Below are positions 19,838 to 29,622 of a stretch of DNA of 64,000 bases, in pieces. The DNA lies in NCBI GenBank assembly GCA_963675665.1, contig OY776510.1:4832001-4896000 (forward strand). The letters are read 5' to 3'. The notes under the pieces were generated by a model that saw only the letters and a list, made by a program, of their open reading frames with translations, searched no databases and was not told the DNA's origin. Made by a program: the position numbers and the translations under genes. Position 1 is the first letter of the stretch, and each line of letters opens with the position of its first letter. The stretch comes from Spirochaetia bacterium. GTDB lineage: Bacteria; Spirochaetota; Spirochaetia; UBA9216.

Positions 19838-21358
19838 TCACACCACATCTCCGCCGCCTGCTGCATAAGTCATTATTGTGCTCTCATCAATATCTTTACC
19901 GACAACTTCCCCGGATATTCTGTTGTTCTTCATAACTACAATACGATCAGACAAACTGATTAGCTCAGGAAGCTCCGAACTGAATATAATAATTCCTACG
20001 CCCTTTTTTACAGTTTCCAGAAGCAGTTTATGTATTTCCGCCTTTGCTCCAACATCAATACCCCTGGTAGGTTCATTGACGATGAGTAAATCAGGTTCGG
20101 CAGCCAGACAGATACTTAACATAACCTTCTGCTGATTGCCCCCGCTTAAATTCCTCGGATGGGTTTTTGCCGACGGGATTACAATAGACAGGTGCTTTAT
20201 GAACTTCCTGCTGATTTCCTTGAGTTTTCTGAAATCAATAAAAGAAAAAAAGGATATCTTCTTAAATACAGCTAATCCGATATTGTCTGAAGCCGGCATA
20301 TCCAGAAGAAGTCCGGCAAGTTTCCGGTTGGTATTAAGATAAAGAATTTTATTCTCTATCATTCTGCTCGGCATTACTTTTTCCAATTTCGCTTTTCTGA
20401 AAAATATATCGCCGCTGTCTTTATCGCCCAATCCGTATATAATTCTGGACAGCATTACAGTGCCTGATCCCTCAAGTCCAAAAATACCGAGAATCTCTCC
20501 CTTGCTCAGGCTGAAGCTTACATCGTTCAACGCATTCTCTTTACATATGTTTTTGGCTTCAAACAAAACATTTTTTTCTACTGCCGAATAGACCTTGTTA
20601 CGATATAACGTACTGCTCAGGTCTCTTCCGACCATACTGTTGATCAGCAAATCTTCCGTCATGTTTCCATCATTCAATAAAGTGTTTATATATTCGCCGT
20701 CTCTTAAAATCGTAACACTGTCTGATATTTCAAGAATCTCCTTCAGGCGATGAGAGATATACAGAATTGTCTCTCCTTCATCGCGAAGCCTCTTCAGAAT
20801 AATCATCAGCTTGGCGGTTTCCTCATCATTCAACCCGCTTGTAGGCTCATCGAGAAGAAGAACAGAATGCCTGGCGCTTATACAACGCAATATCTCTATC
20901 ATCTGTTGAATATCCAGAGTCAGGTTTCTCATCAGCTGTTCGGGCCGGACACTTTTTAAATCAAACATATCCAGACGTTTTTGAGCTTCAAGGTTCAGTT
21001 TCTTCCAGTTAACCCCATTCAGATTTGTCCGGTATTCATTCCAGGGAAATATATTTTCAGCAACCGTCATATTCTCAAATACAGCAAGTTCCTGATGAAC
21101 CATTTGGATTCCTCTGCTTCTGGCATGAAGCGGGGAATAATATTGTATCACTTCACCATCAAGCTCTATCTGTCCGGAATCAGGCTCCTGTTCACCCATT
21201 ATTATTTTAACAAGTGTACTCTTTCCTGCTCCATTCTCTCCAAGTATTGTATGGATTTCACCTTTTTTTACAGAAAAGGAAACATCCTTCAATGCCCGTA
21301 CAGCTCCATAGCTTTTTGAAATGCCCGATATCTTTAAATAGTTTTCTTCTCTGCTCAT
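19838..21358 (-). CDS. Sugar ABC transporter ATP-binding protein
   Basis: GENGAGKS, LLDEPT, LSGGNQQK. Confidence 0.93.
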   Translation of the reverse strand: MSREENYLKISGISKSYGAVRALKDVSFSVKKGEIHTILGENGAGKSTLVKIIMGEQEPDSGQIELDGEVIQYYSPLHARSRGIQMVHQELAVFENMTVAENIFPWNEYRTNLNGVNWKKLNLEAQKRLDMFDLKSVRPEQLMRNLTLDIQQMIEILRCISARHSVLLLDEPTSGLNDEETAKLMIILKRLRDEGETILYISHRLKEILEISDSVTILRDGEYINTLLNDGNMTEDLLINSMVGRDLSSTLYRNKVYSAVEKNVLFEAKNICKENALNDVSFSLSKGEILGIFGLEGSGTVMLSRIIYGLGDKDSGDIFFRKAKLEKVMPSRMIENKILYLNTNRKLAGLLLDMPASDNIGLAVFKKISFFSFIDFRKLKEISRKFIKHLSIVIPSAKTHPRNLSGGNQQKVMLSICLAAEPDLLIVNEPTRGIDVGAKAEIHKLLLETVKKGVGIIIFSSELPELISLSDRIVVMKNNRISGEVVGKDIDESTIMTYAAGGGDVV

Positions 21359-21374
21359 CCCTTCCCCGCTTTTT

Positions 21375-21412
21375 TAAAACAGCCCGAAGTTCTTACACTT
21401 CGGGCTGTTTTA
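21375..21412 (-). other. Intercistronic stem-loop after SBP gene
   Basis: 16-bp stem TAAAACAGCCCGAAGT/ACTTCGGGCTGTTTTA. Confidence 0.75.
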
Positions 21413-21428
21413 CAACTTTGACTGAGTT

Positions 21429-22478
21429 CTAGTGATACAGTTTGGTGTTATACGTGTCCATCCTGTCGTGCATAAAATGCTCAACATTGGATTTATCAAT
21501 TGTAACTGATCCGTTATACATAAGCTGCGGCATAACTTCAAAGCCTGAGGCCGCATTGTTGCCGGAAACAGGTACATCTGAAAACCCTTTGGTATTCCAG
21601 AGTTCAAGAAGACCAATTGCAAGATATGCCTGCATGGCTGTTTTATTTATAATCGTTGCTGTAACATAACCCGCATCAATATATTCGAGCGTTGCATCTT
21701 CACGGTCATGAGTGATAACAGTAAGCGAACCCGGCTCGATTCCAAGTTCTTCCATCGCCGCGCCTATACCAGGAGCAGAAGACGAGTCAAGTCCTACATA
21801 ACCCTGCAAATCCTTGAAGTTATTGAATGCCGATTTTGCACCGTCTATTGAAACTTCAGTATTTGCTTTGTCATCAACTCTTGTCACGACCTTCCAGCTG
21901 GAATTCTCAGTCAGATAATCCATAAAACCTGCAAGCTTCGCTTCAGTATTGGATGCGCCCCAGTTGCCCTGCACAACAAGATTTCCGGCAGTTCCGGCCC
22001 GTGCAATTAATTCTATTGCGGTATCTACGCCGCACTGATAATTATCCAGACCGACAAACGCATTTACCCCAGAATCCGGCACAATTGCTTCTATTGCTAT
22101 TACCGGTATTCCCTGGGCCCTGGCCGTTTTTATCGCCGGAACCATTGAAGGGTCCCAAAGACAGCACACTATCCCGTCGGGCTTTTTTGCGATTACCTGT
22201 TCAAAAGCCTGTGCTGCAGCTGCAGTGTCCCAGCCGTCCGGACCCATTTTAATAATTTCCACACCGAACTGCTCGGCTGCATACTTAAATCCGAGATGCT
22301 GGTCATAGATATAAGGATGCCCCATAAGCGGAGCAACATAATAGTAAACCCGCTGCTCTTCTGTTGCCGCGGGAGCAGCAACTTCCTGTTGAACTGTTGC
22401 CGTCTCTTTTCCGCATCCGGAAAAAACAGCAAGAACAGACATAACAATCATTAATACCACGATGCCTTTCTTCATCAT
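21429..22478 (-). CDS. Sugar ABC substrate-binding lipoprotein
   Basis: Lipobox FSGC; type 1 PBP features; start MMKKG after GGAGGAG. Confidence 0.9.
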   Translation of the reverse strand: MMKKGIVVLMIVMSVLAVFSGCGKETATVQQEVAAPAATEEQRVYYYVAPLMGHPYIYDQHLGFKYAAEQFGVEIIKMGPDGWDTAAAAQAFEQVIAKKPDGIVCCLWDPSMVPAIKTARAQGIPVIAIEAIVPDSGVNAFVGLDNYQCGVDTAIELIARAGTAGNLVVQGNWGASNTEAKLAGFMDYLTENSSWKVVTRVDDKANTEVSIDGAKSAFNNFKDLQGYVGLDSSSAPGIGAAMEELGIEPGSLTVITHDREDATLEYIDAGYVTATIINKTAMQAYLAIGLLELWNTKGFSDVPVSGNNAASGFEVMPQLMYNGSVTIDKSNVEHFMHDRMDTYNTKLYH

Positions 22479-22620
22479 ACAAACTCCTCCATCTTTTTCT
22501 GGAATATATTTTTTCACCGGAACCCCGGTGTTATTCCAATGAATATTAAGTCATGAAGTTTTTTGACAATTATCAGGAAAATAATTATTTACATTGTTCC
22601 GTCAAAAATACTTCAGATCG

Positions 22621-22917
22621 TCAGATATCTACTTTTTTAAGTTTGATTACCTCTATATCTTTTCGCCCCAGCTTCAAAGTGTTGTATTTATTTGAAAACT
22701 CAACCGAATGCGGTGAATTCAGATGCGTTTCAAACGCTTCTTCATTTTCATATACTTCATAAAAAATGAATGTTGACGCATCATCTTCCTTTTCATGCAT
22801 TATGAAATGAACATTTCCGGGTTCTTTCATAGTGTTTCGGCCAAGCTCAATCAACAATTTTTTCAGCTCTGCACTTTTATCTTCTTTTCCGTAAACATAC
22901 GCTATCAGATAAACCAT
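22621..22917 (-). CDS. ABM-domain protein (putative quinol monooxygenase/LsrG-like)
   Basis: EPGN...FIFYEVY...AFETHLNSPH. Confidence 0.85.
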   Translation of the reverse strand: MVYLIAYVYGKEDKSAELKKLLIELGRNTMKEPGNVHFIMHEKEDDASTFIFYEVYENEEAFETHLNSPHSVEFSNKYNTLKLGRKDIEVIKLKKVDI

Positions 22918-23011
22918 CGTTTCCTCCAAAAAATCAGGTTATATTATTTTATTTGTCATTTAAAAATTATATTTTATTTTACATCTTCATTATCAACTGT
23001 AATTCGGAAAC

Positions 23012-23965
23012 CTAACGTGTTCCAATCAAACACTCTTTTCTTCTGAATAACGTAATTGCTTTATCCTTTATTTTTTCTGCAGTAAGACCGTATTCTTTTT
23101 TCAGATAATCAACATCTCCAACCTGCCCGAAACGATCTTCAACACCGACGCGCAACATCGGAACGGGAAAATTTTCCGCAAGAACCTCGGCTACAGCCGA
23201 ACCCAGACCATTAATAACCTGGTGGTTCTCACAAGTCACTATTGCTCCGGTCTTCTCCGCATATTTAACGATAATTTCACCGTCTATCGGTTTAATCGTA
23301 TGCATATCAATTACCGCCGCAGAGATTCCTTCTTTTTCAAGCCCGGCCGCAGCTGATAATGCTTCCGGAACCATAATCGTTCCGCTTGCTATTAAAGTCA
23401 CATCCGACCCGTCTCTTATCAATTTGCCTTTGCCCAATTCAAAGTTCTCGCCTTCGGCATACACGGCGGGACCGGACTTTCTGTTCAGCCGCATATAGCT
23501 CGATCCCTTACGGTCTTTTGCCTGGGGAATCAATTCTTTCAGCGACACTATATCGCAGGGTTCAAAGACTACCAGACCGGGAATATTCCTCATCAAACCC
23601 ACATCTTCAAACGGCATATGCGTACCGCCGTTAAGGGCGGCAAGAATACCCGGATCGGAACCCACAAGGTTAACATTCTGCTGAGCATAGTTTGCCGACA
23701 GAAAGAACTGATCATAAGCACGGCGGGCAGCAAAACAGGCAAATGTAGAGGCAAAGGGAATCTTCCCCGCAACAGATAATCCGGAAGCTATTCCTATCAT
23801 ATTGGCTTCGGCAACCCCGCAGTTAATCGTCCGTTCAGGGAAAGCCTCCTTAAAGGGGGTGGTTCCAGTTGCTCTCATCAAGTCGGCTTCCAGAAGCACA
23901 ATTCTTTTATCTTTCTCCGCAAGCTCTATCAACAACTCCGCAAACGCGGCCCTCATTTCTTTCAT
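23012..23965 (-). CDS. Transketolase, C-terminal subunit (split)
   Basis: GVAEANM, NGGTH, TIKPID, ENH...GLG. Confidence 0.92.
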   Translation of the reverse strand: MKEMRAAFAELLIELAEKDKRIVLLEADLMRATGTTPFKEAFPERTINCGVAEANMIGIASGLSVAGKIPFASTFACFAARRAYDQFFLSANYAQQNVNLVGSDPGILAALNGGTHMPFEDVGLMRNIPGLVVFEPCDIVSLKELIPQAKDRKGSSYMRLNRKSGPAVYAEGENFELGKGKLIRDGSDVTLIASGTIMVPEALSAAAGLEKEGISAAVIDMHTIKPIDGEIIVKYAEKTGAIVTCENHQVINGLGSAVAEVLAENFPVPMLRVGVEDRFGQVGDVDYLKKEYGLTAEKIKDKAITLFRRKECLIGTR

Positions 23966-24804
23966 TATGCATACTCCTTATCAAGCACGGCTATAGCCTG
24001 TTCCGCTGCTGTTATATCGAACTTCATATTATGACTTTCTACCTTTCCTTCTCCCGGAGCAAAACCCTTTGCCTTTACGGTATCCAGAATAATCATGGAA
24101 GGCCTGCTGGTTTCCGCTTTTGCATTCAGTATTGCCCGATCAATATCATTGAAATTATGACCGTCCACCCGCTGAACATACCAGCCGAACGACAACCATT
24201 TGGATGTGATATCGGAAATATCCATTACTTCGTACATATAACCGTCAAGTTCCATCTTGTTATAGTCGGTGAACGCTATAAGATTGCCCAATTTGAATTG
24301 GGCCGCAGACATTGCCGCTTCCCAAATCTGACCTTCATTACTTTCTCCGTCTCCAATAATTGAATATATTGTATTCCCGTACCCGCTCATCCTGTCACCA
24401 AGGGCTAACCCGACAGAACAGGAAAATCCCTGCCCCAGAGACCCTGTTGTCATATCAATACCGGGCGTCAAATTCATGTCGCAATGACTGGGAAGACGTG
24501 AGCCGCCGAGGTTCAGCGTATCAAGCCATTGTCCGGGGAAATATCCAAGGTCAGCCAGAATACTGTACAGTGCGGGACCGGCATGCCCCTTCGACAGAAC
24601 AAGCTTGTCCCTGTCCGGCTTCTTCGGATCATCCACATCAATATTCATATGACGGTAATATAACAGCGTCAGCGCATCGACTATCGACATGGCGCCTCCG
24701 ATATGCCCGACACCTATCTTTCCCATCGACATTATTGTCATCTTGCGTATCTCTTTTGCCTTGATTTTAAGTTCAGATACTTTCTCATCCGTCAGTCTTT
24801 TCAT
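23965..24804 (-). CDS. Transketolase, N-terminal subunit (split)
   Basis: GHIGG, LSKGHA, TGSLGQG, TPP motif GDGE..EG..WEA. Confidence 0.92.
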   Translation of the reverse strand: MKRLTDEKVSELKIKAKEIRKMTIMSMGKIGVGHIGGAMSIVDALTLLYYRHMNIDVDDPKKPDRDKLVLSKGHAGPALYSILADLGYFPGQWLDTLNLGGSRLPSHCDMNLTPGIDMTTGSLGQGFSCSVGLALGDRMSGYGNTIYSIIGDGESNEGQIWEAAMSAAQFKLGNLIAFTDYNKMELDGYMYEVMDISDITSKWLSFGWYVQRVDGHNFNDIDRAILNAKAETSRPSMIILDTVKAKGFAPGEGKVESHNMKFDITAAEQAIAVLDKEYA

Positions 24805-24889
24805 AACTTCTAACTCCAATTCAGCTTATAAGAATTCAACAATTTACCGGGGTAATTATAAAAATCAGTAATTTTTACATGAATCCCTG

Positions 24890-25912
24890 TTAACTCACTT
24901 TTATTACGGGCTTTATCAAACTGGTCTTCCCTCCGGCCAATTCTGTAAATATTGCGGGGCATTCATCGAGAAAGTGACTGCTGACAATTCCGTGTATATT
25001 CACCTTTCCTGAAGAAAGCATATTTACAGCGCAATCAAAATCAACCGGTTCATATACACGGGTTCCGACAATCGAAAGTTCGGCAAAATTTACCCTTCGC
25101 ATATCAATTGAACTTTCGCCTTTTGCAATACCGACCTGCACAACGGTTCCGCGGATTCTCGTGTTATCAACAGCAGTCTGATAGCCGGAATTGGTTCCGG
25201 ATACCTCAAAACTGATATCAGGGCCTATGCCCTTGAATTTTTTCCTGATACAGTCAGCCATATCAACACTCCCGGGTGAAACTGCGTCTATTCCGTGACT
25301 TTTAAGCAATGCCAGCCTTGCCTCGTTTATTTCCGAAACAAGAATTCTGTTCACACCGCAGTTACGGAGAATTTCCGCCATTAATATGCCTATTGGCCCC
25401 CCGCCGATTACCAGAACATTATCACCCGGTTTAAAACCGGAGATTCTGATATCGTGAACAGCAACCGCGCACGGTTCCACTATACCTCCAATTTCAGGCG
25501 CAATCCCGTCAGGAAGGCGATGCAGTTTCGAAGCTTTAACCGCAACATATTCTGCAAAACCCCCGTTTACATCAACTCCTATAAGTTTCAGGTCCTTACA
25601 GACATGCGGAAAACCGTTTAAGCACGCAAAGCATTTACCACAGGACAGCAGAGCATCGGCAGCGACAAAATCACCTGCATTAAAGCCTTTGACATTTCTG
25701 CCCCTTTCCGTGATTACTCCGCAAAATTCATGGCCCAGGGCCATTGGGGGCACAGCCCTGATTTTATCAAACAAACCTTTGTAGATAGCCAAATCAGTAC
25801 CGCACACCCCTGTAGCCACAATTTTCAGCAGTACTTCATCATCCTGCATTACCGGCATTGGAAGTTCGGCAACTTCCATCTTTTCTGCTCCGGTCCAAAC
25901 CGCTGCTTTCAT
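24890..25912 (-). CDS. Zn-dependent alcohol/polyol dehydrogenase
   Basis: GVCGTD, GHE, CGKCFAC, GGGPIG. Confidence 0.88.
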   Translation of the reverse strand: MKAAVWTGAEKMEVAELPMPVMQDDEVLLKIVATGVCGTDLAIYKGLFDKIRAVPPMALGHEFCGVITERGRNVKGFNAGDFVAADALLSCGKCFACLNGFPHVCKDLKLIGVDVNGGFAEYVAVKASKLHRLPDGIAPEIGGIVEPCAVAVHDIRISGFKPGDNVLVIGGGPIGILMAEILRNCGVNRILVSEINEARLALLKSHGIDAVSPGSVDMADCIRKKFKGIGPDISFEVSGTNSGYQTAVDNTRIRGTVVQVGIAKGESSIDMRRVNFAELSIVGTRVYEPVDFDCAVNMLSSGKVNIHGIVSSHFLDECPAIFTELAGGKTSLIKPVIKVS

Positions 25913-25922
25913 GATCTACACC

Positions 25923-27089
25923 TTACAAACATTTATTATACAAAGCCCTGATTTCCTGCTCTGATGCAACGCGCGGGTGATTCCGAACATTAACCCCGTA
26001 ACCGTTCATTGCTACTTCTACAGCCTTATCTATATCTGCTTCCTTAAGCCCGATTTCCGAAAATGTGATATTCCCGCCGACATAATCGAGAAATCTTTCT
26101 ATAAGAAGAACGCTTTTTTCAGCTTTTTCATAAAGCGGCAATCCTGACACGGAAGGATCGATGCATTCGGCAAGCTGTCCGAATTTTTCAAAGTTGCTCA
26201 TATAACTGAATTCAATCACTTTCGCCAGGCATGCTGCTATGGAAGCCCCGTGCGGAGCATCGGCAATTCCGCCGACGGGCTGCCCGAGAGCGTGAGGCAG
26301 ACCTACTCCGGCATGACCGATTGCTACTCCTCCGAGAGCGCTCCCCCATGCCATGGCCTTGCGTGCTTCAAGATTCCCGCCGTTTGAAACAGCTTCGGGC
26401 AGGTTTCGGGTAATTATCCTTATCCCCTCTTTGGCAACCATGTCGCTGAAAGGAGTTGCGGCATTTCCGATAAAAGCTTCCAGACAGTGAGAAAGCGCGT
26501 CTATTCCTGTAAGTGCCGTAAGTTTTGGCGGAAGCGTTATCATAAGCTCAGCATCAATAACTGCATAATCCGGAAATATCCTGTTGCTGATGATAGTTCC
26601 CTTTTCATGTTTTTCAGGATTGCTTATTACAGAATAATGTGTAGCCTCAGTCCCTGTTCCGGAGGTAGTCGGGATGACAATGATAGGCAGAACTTTTCCT
26701 ATTTTGTTTGACGGTCGGTCTTCACGATCGATAAAATCCCACGAACCGCCTTCATTCTCAGCCATTACAGCAATGGCCTTGCCTGTATCAATAGCGCTGC
26801 CGCCCCCGACTGCAAGCACGGAATCGCAACGGTTCTTTTTACAGACCTCAGCACCCTCGTCTATTTCCAGACAGCTAGGATTGGGCTTTACCCTGGAATA
26901 AATTGTTGTCTCAATATTGTCCTTACTCAGCAGCAATTCCAGTTCTGCAATAAGTCCGTTCTCAACAAAAAAAGGATCCGACACAAGAAAGCATCTCTTT
27001 CCAAAAGGTTTTATGTACTTGGCTAACTCCCGGTACCCCCCCGCCTTAACGATCAGTTCGCCCGGAAGCTGACATGAAAAATCAATCAT
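25923..27089 (-). CDS. Iron-containing alcohol dehydrogenase
   Basis: GGGSAID, PTTSGTGTE, DALSH, HALG, HG. Confidence 0.9.
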   Translation of the reverse strand: MIDFSCQLPGELIVKAGGYRELAKYIKPFGKRCFLVSDPFFVENGLIAELELLLSKDNIETTIYSRVKPNPSCLEIDEGAEVCKKNRCDSVLAVGGGSAIDTGKAIAVMAENEGGSWDFIDREDRPSNKIGKVLPIIVIPTTSGTGTEATHYSVISNPEKHEKGTIISNRIFPDYAVIDAELMITLPPKLTALTGIDALSHCLEAFIGNAATPFSDMVAKEGIRIITRNLPEAVSNGGNLEARKAMAWGSALGGVAIGHAGVGLPHALGQPVGGIADAPHGASIAACLAKVIEFSYMSNFEKFGQLAECIDPSVSGLPLYEKAEKSVLLIERFLDYVGGNITFSEIGLKEADIDKAVEVAMNGYGVNVRNHPRVASEQEIRALYNKCL

Positions 27090-27104
27090 GGTTTTCTCCT
27101 CGTC

Positions 27105-28253
27105 TTATAATCCGGCAAGCCCGCTCTTGTAATCCCTGCCTATCTTCTCTGCAGTCAGAATTGCGGCACGCATCTCATGAAACTCTATCAGGAACGGTTC
27201 CGTATGTGAGGTCTGGGCCGGAGCACAGGCTCCGCCGGCAATGGTATCGAGCTCTTCCTCCGTGATATCGCCTACTTTCAGATCCTCGAATGTTACCGGC
27301 AGGCCTACACTAATACAGAATTCAACAACCTCTTCAATTTCATCCTTGTCGGCACCTTCAAGAACAAGCATTACGATCGTTCCGAAAGCTACATATTCTC
27401 CATGAAACATATGCTCCCTGCCGCTCAGTTCACTAAACCCGCCGTAAACAGCATGTGCCGTGCTTACGCCGTTACTCTCAAAACCGATACCGCTCATAAG
27501 AGAATTGGCTTCAACTATTCTGTTAAGCGCTTTGGTAACCACATTATTGTCGCAGGCCATTTTTGCCTGAACACCGCATTCAAGCAGAACTTCATAACAG
27601 AGCTCGGCAATGGCCATGGAAGTTTTTGTCGCCTTGGTGCCGGCTGAACCGTCACCGCCCATTCCGCCGCCTGCTATTCCGAGGAAATTATCCCGGTATG
27701 CATTTACACATGTCCGTGCTTCAAAATATGTCGAAAGTGCGTCGCCCATTCCGGCAACAAGCAGGCGTGAAGGCCCGCGGGCAATAATGTCCGTATCAAC
27801 AAGAACTACATCAGGGCTGCGTTCAAAGAAGATTACGTCCTCCTGAGAACCATCTTCCCTGTAGATTACCGAAAGAGCGCTTGTCGGAGCATCATTCGAA
27901 ACAATTGTAGGAACAATACATATCGGCATTTTCACTTCGTTAGCTGCAGCTTTGGCAACATCCAGAACCTTACCGCCCCCTAGAGCAATAACTCCGTCGC
28001 TTTCAGTTTCTTTTATTACTGAAACAACCCTTGAGATTTCCTGTCGCGTAACTTCTCCGTTGAAAACAACGTATTCCAGCTTTACTCCGGTACCTTCAAA
28101 ACTTTTCTCGAGTTCTGCCTGAAGACTTTCTTTTCTTCCCTTGCTGGTTACAACCACCAGCGATTTTCCAAACCATTTGATATATTGGTAAATCCTCTCC
28201 AATTCTTTATAGCCCTGGATGTATCTCCCGGGTGAAGCAAACATTTGCGTCAT
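27105..28253 (-). CDS. gldA: Glycerol dehydrogenase
   Basis: SPGRYIQG, GGGK.LD, DAPTSALSVIY, GMGDALST.FEA, GFES.G...AH, HGE.VAFG. Confidence 0.85.
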   Translation of the reverse strand: MTQMFASPGRYIQGYKELERIYQYIKWFGKSLVVVTSKGRKESLQAELEKSFEGTGVKLEYVVFNGEVTRQEISRVVSVIKETESDGVIALGGGKVLDVAKAAANEVKMPICIVPTIVSNDAPTSALSVIYREDGSQEDVIFFERSPDVVLVDTDIIARGPSRLLVAGMGDALSTYFEARTCVNAYRDNFLGIAGGGMGGDGSAGTKATKTSMAIAELCYEVLLECGVQAKMACDNNVVTKALNRIVEANSLMSGIGFESNGVSTAHAVYGGFSELSGREHMFHGEYVAFGTIVMLVLEGADKDEIEEVVEFCISVGLPVTFEDLKVGDITEEELDTIAGGACAPAQTSHTEPFLIEFHEMRAAILTAEKIGRDYKSGLAGL

Positions 28254-28347
28254 ATGCCTTCCTCCAATTTGTTATATTCCATACTTTGTATTGTATACAC
28301 TTTAAAAAGTGTAATACCTAACCGTTTTCAAAGTACATGCAACTAAA

Positions 28348-28364
28348 TGCAACATTCATGCCAA
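28348..28364 (-). promoter_or_regulatory. sigma54 -24/-12 promoter of the gldA operon
   Basis: TTGGCATGAATGTTGCA. Confidence 0.85.
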
Positions 28365-28469
28365 AAATAATTTTACTGCTGTTCCCAATTAAAAGACCTG
28401 ATAATCAGGCCTTTTCCCGCTGAAAAGACAGATTCTTTTGAATTCCTGCAATTTTTAATTAAAAGAAAA

Positions 28470-28522
28470 TGTAAAACCTGTTACAGATTTGTAAATAGAA
28501 GTGTAACAAAAGAATTGTTACA
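28470..28522. promoter_or_regulatory. Putative enhancer boxes
   Basis: TTACAGATTTGTAA at 28481-28494 plus flanking TGTAAC/GTTACA half-sites. Confidence 0.68.
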
Positions 28523-28545
28523 ACTACTGTCTGAATATCCCGTTC

Positions 28546-28577
28546 AAAAAAATCAGGGCTGCATTTACATGCAGCCC
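28546..28577 (-). terminator. Rho-independent terminator
   Basis: GGGCTGCAT/ATGCAGCCC stem followed by a T-run on the minus strand. Confidence 0.75.
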
Positions 28578-28597
28578 CGGTGAATAAAGTATGCAGA

Positions 28598-29620
28598 TTA
28601 CTTTTTCATTTTCTTTTCGCGCCAGGTGTCGAAGGATACTACAACTACAATTACAATACCCAGAATAACCTTCTGCCAGAACGGAGTTACGTTGGTAAGA
28701 TCAAGACCGTTATTGAGTACCCCGATTGTAATGATACCAATAACGGTGCCGCCGATACTGCCTATTCCGCCGACAAGGCTTGTTCCGCCCAGAGCTACAG
28801 CCGTTATTGCAAGGAGTTCCATGCCGCTGCCCATAATTGCATTTGCTCCGCCGAGTCTTCCCACCATAACCAGACTGCCCAGAGCACAACAGAACCCGCA
28901 GAGACCGTAAACAATAACTTTTATTTTCTCAACCTTGATTCCGCTTACCCTGGCAGCTTCGGGGTTTCCTCCGACTGCATAGATATTTACGCCGAGAGTT
29001 GTATGATTAAGCATTATCCAAATCAGAGCTGCAACGCCGGCAAATACAAATACAGAAACCGGAACAACTCCTACAGTTCCGCTTCCAAGTACCAGCAGTA
29101 TATCCGGAAGACCCGAGATCGGGATTCCTCCTGAAATAAACAACGCCAATCCGCTTACAGCTGTCATGGTTCCCAGCGTGGCAATAAAATCCTGAATTTT
29201 AAATCTGGTTATTACCAACCCGTTTACAATTCCGATAAGAGTGCCCATTCCCAGGCTGGCGGTTACAGAAAGCCATGGAGGAAACCCAAGCTTGGTGGAT
29301 GTAACCGCAATTAAACATCCGCAGGCGGCCATTACGGAACCGACCGACAAATCAATACCGGCTGTAAGAATTACCAGGGTCTCTCCCAGGGCCATTATTC
29401 CGAGAACAGAAGACTGCCTGATAATATTCAGCAGATTGCTTGTTTTCAAAAACATCGGACTGGCAACCGACATGAATATAAACAGAAAAAGCAAAATCAG
29501 GACCGGACTGCTTTTCTGCATAAAGCTTGATAATTTACCCCGCCCTTCCTTTTCTTCTGCACAACCTTCAACATCGGAAATTTTATTCTCTTCCATTTTT
29601 AACACTTTATCTTTAACCAT
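28598..29620 (-). CDS. Sugar ABC transporter permease (RbsC-like)
   Basis: AGIDLSVGS, YAVGGNPEAARVSGI, LGGTSLVGG. Confidence 0.93.
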   Translation of the reverse strand: MVKDKVLKMEENKISDVEGCAEEKEGRGKLSSFMQKSSPVLILLFLFIFMSVASPMFLKTSNLLNIIRQSSVLGIMALGETLVILTAGIDLSVGSVMAACGCLIAVTSTKLGFPPWLSVTASLGMGTLIGIVNGLVITRFKIQDFIATLGTMTAVSGLALFISGGIPISGLPDILLVLGSGTVGVVPVSVFVFAGVAALIWIMLNHTTLGVNIYAVGGNPEAARVSGIKVEKIKVIVYGLCGFCCALGSLVMVGRLGGANAIMGSGMELLAITAVALGGTSLVGGIGSIGGTVIGIITIGVLNNGLDLTNVTPFWQKVILGIVIVVVVSFDTWREKKMKK

Positions 29621-29622
29621 AT

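Noticed and set aside
17832-22917. AI-2 (Lsr) uptake system suggested by the LsrG-like gene beside an ABC transporter
   Set aside because: No LsrK, LsrR or LsrF homologue recognisable; ABM proteins are common in sugar loci
11416-28485. TGT-N10-ACA NifA-type sites at 11416-11431 and 28470-28485
   Set aside because: They arise from adjacent half-sites; only TTACA-N4-TGTAA is shared by all four promoters, and there are no nif genes
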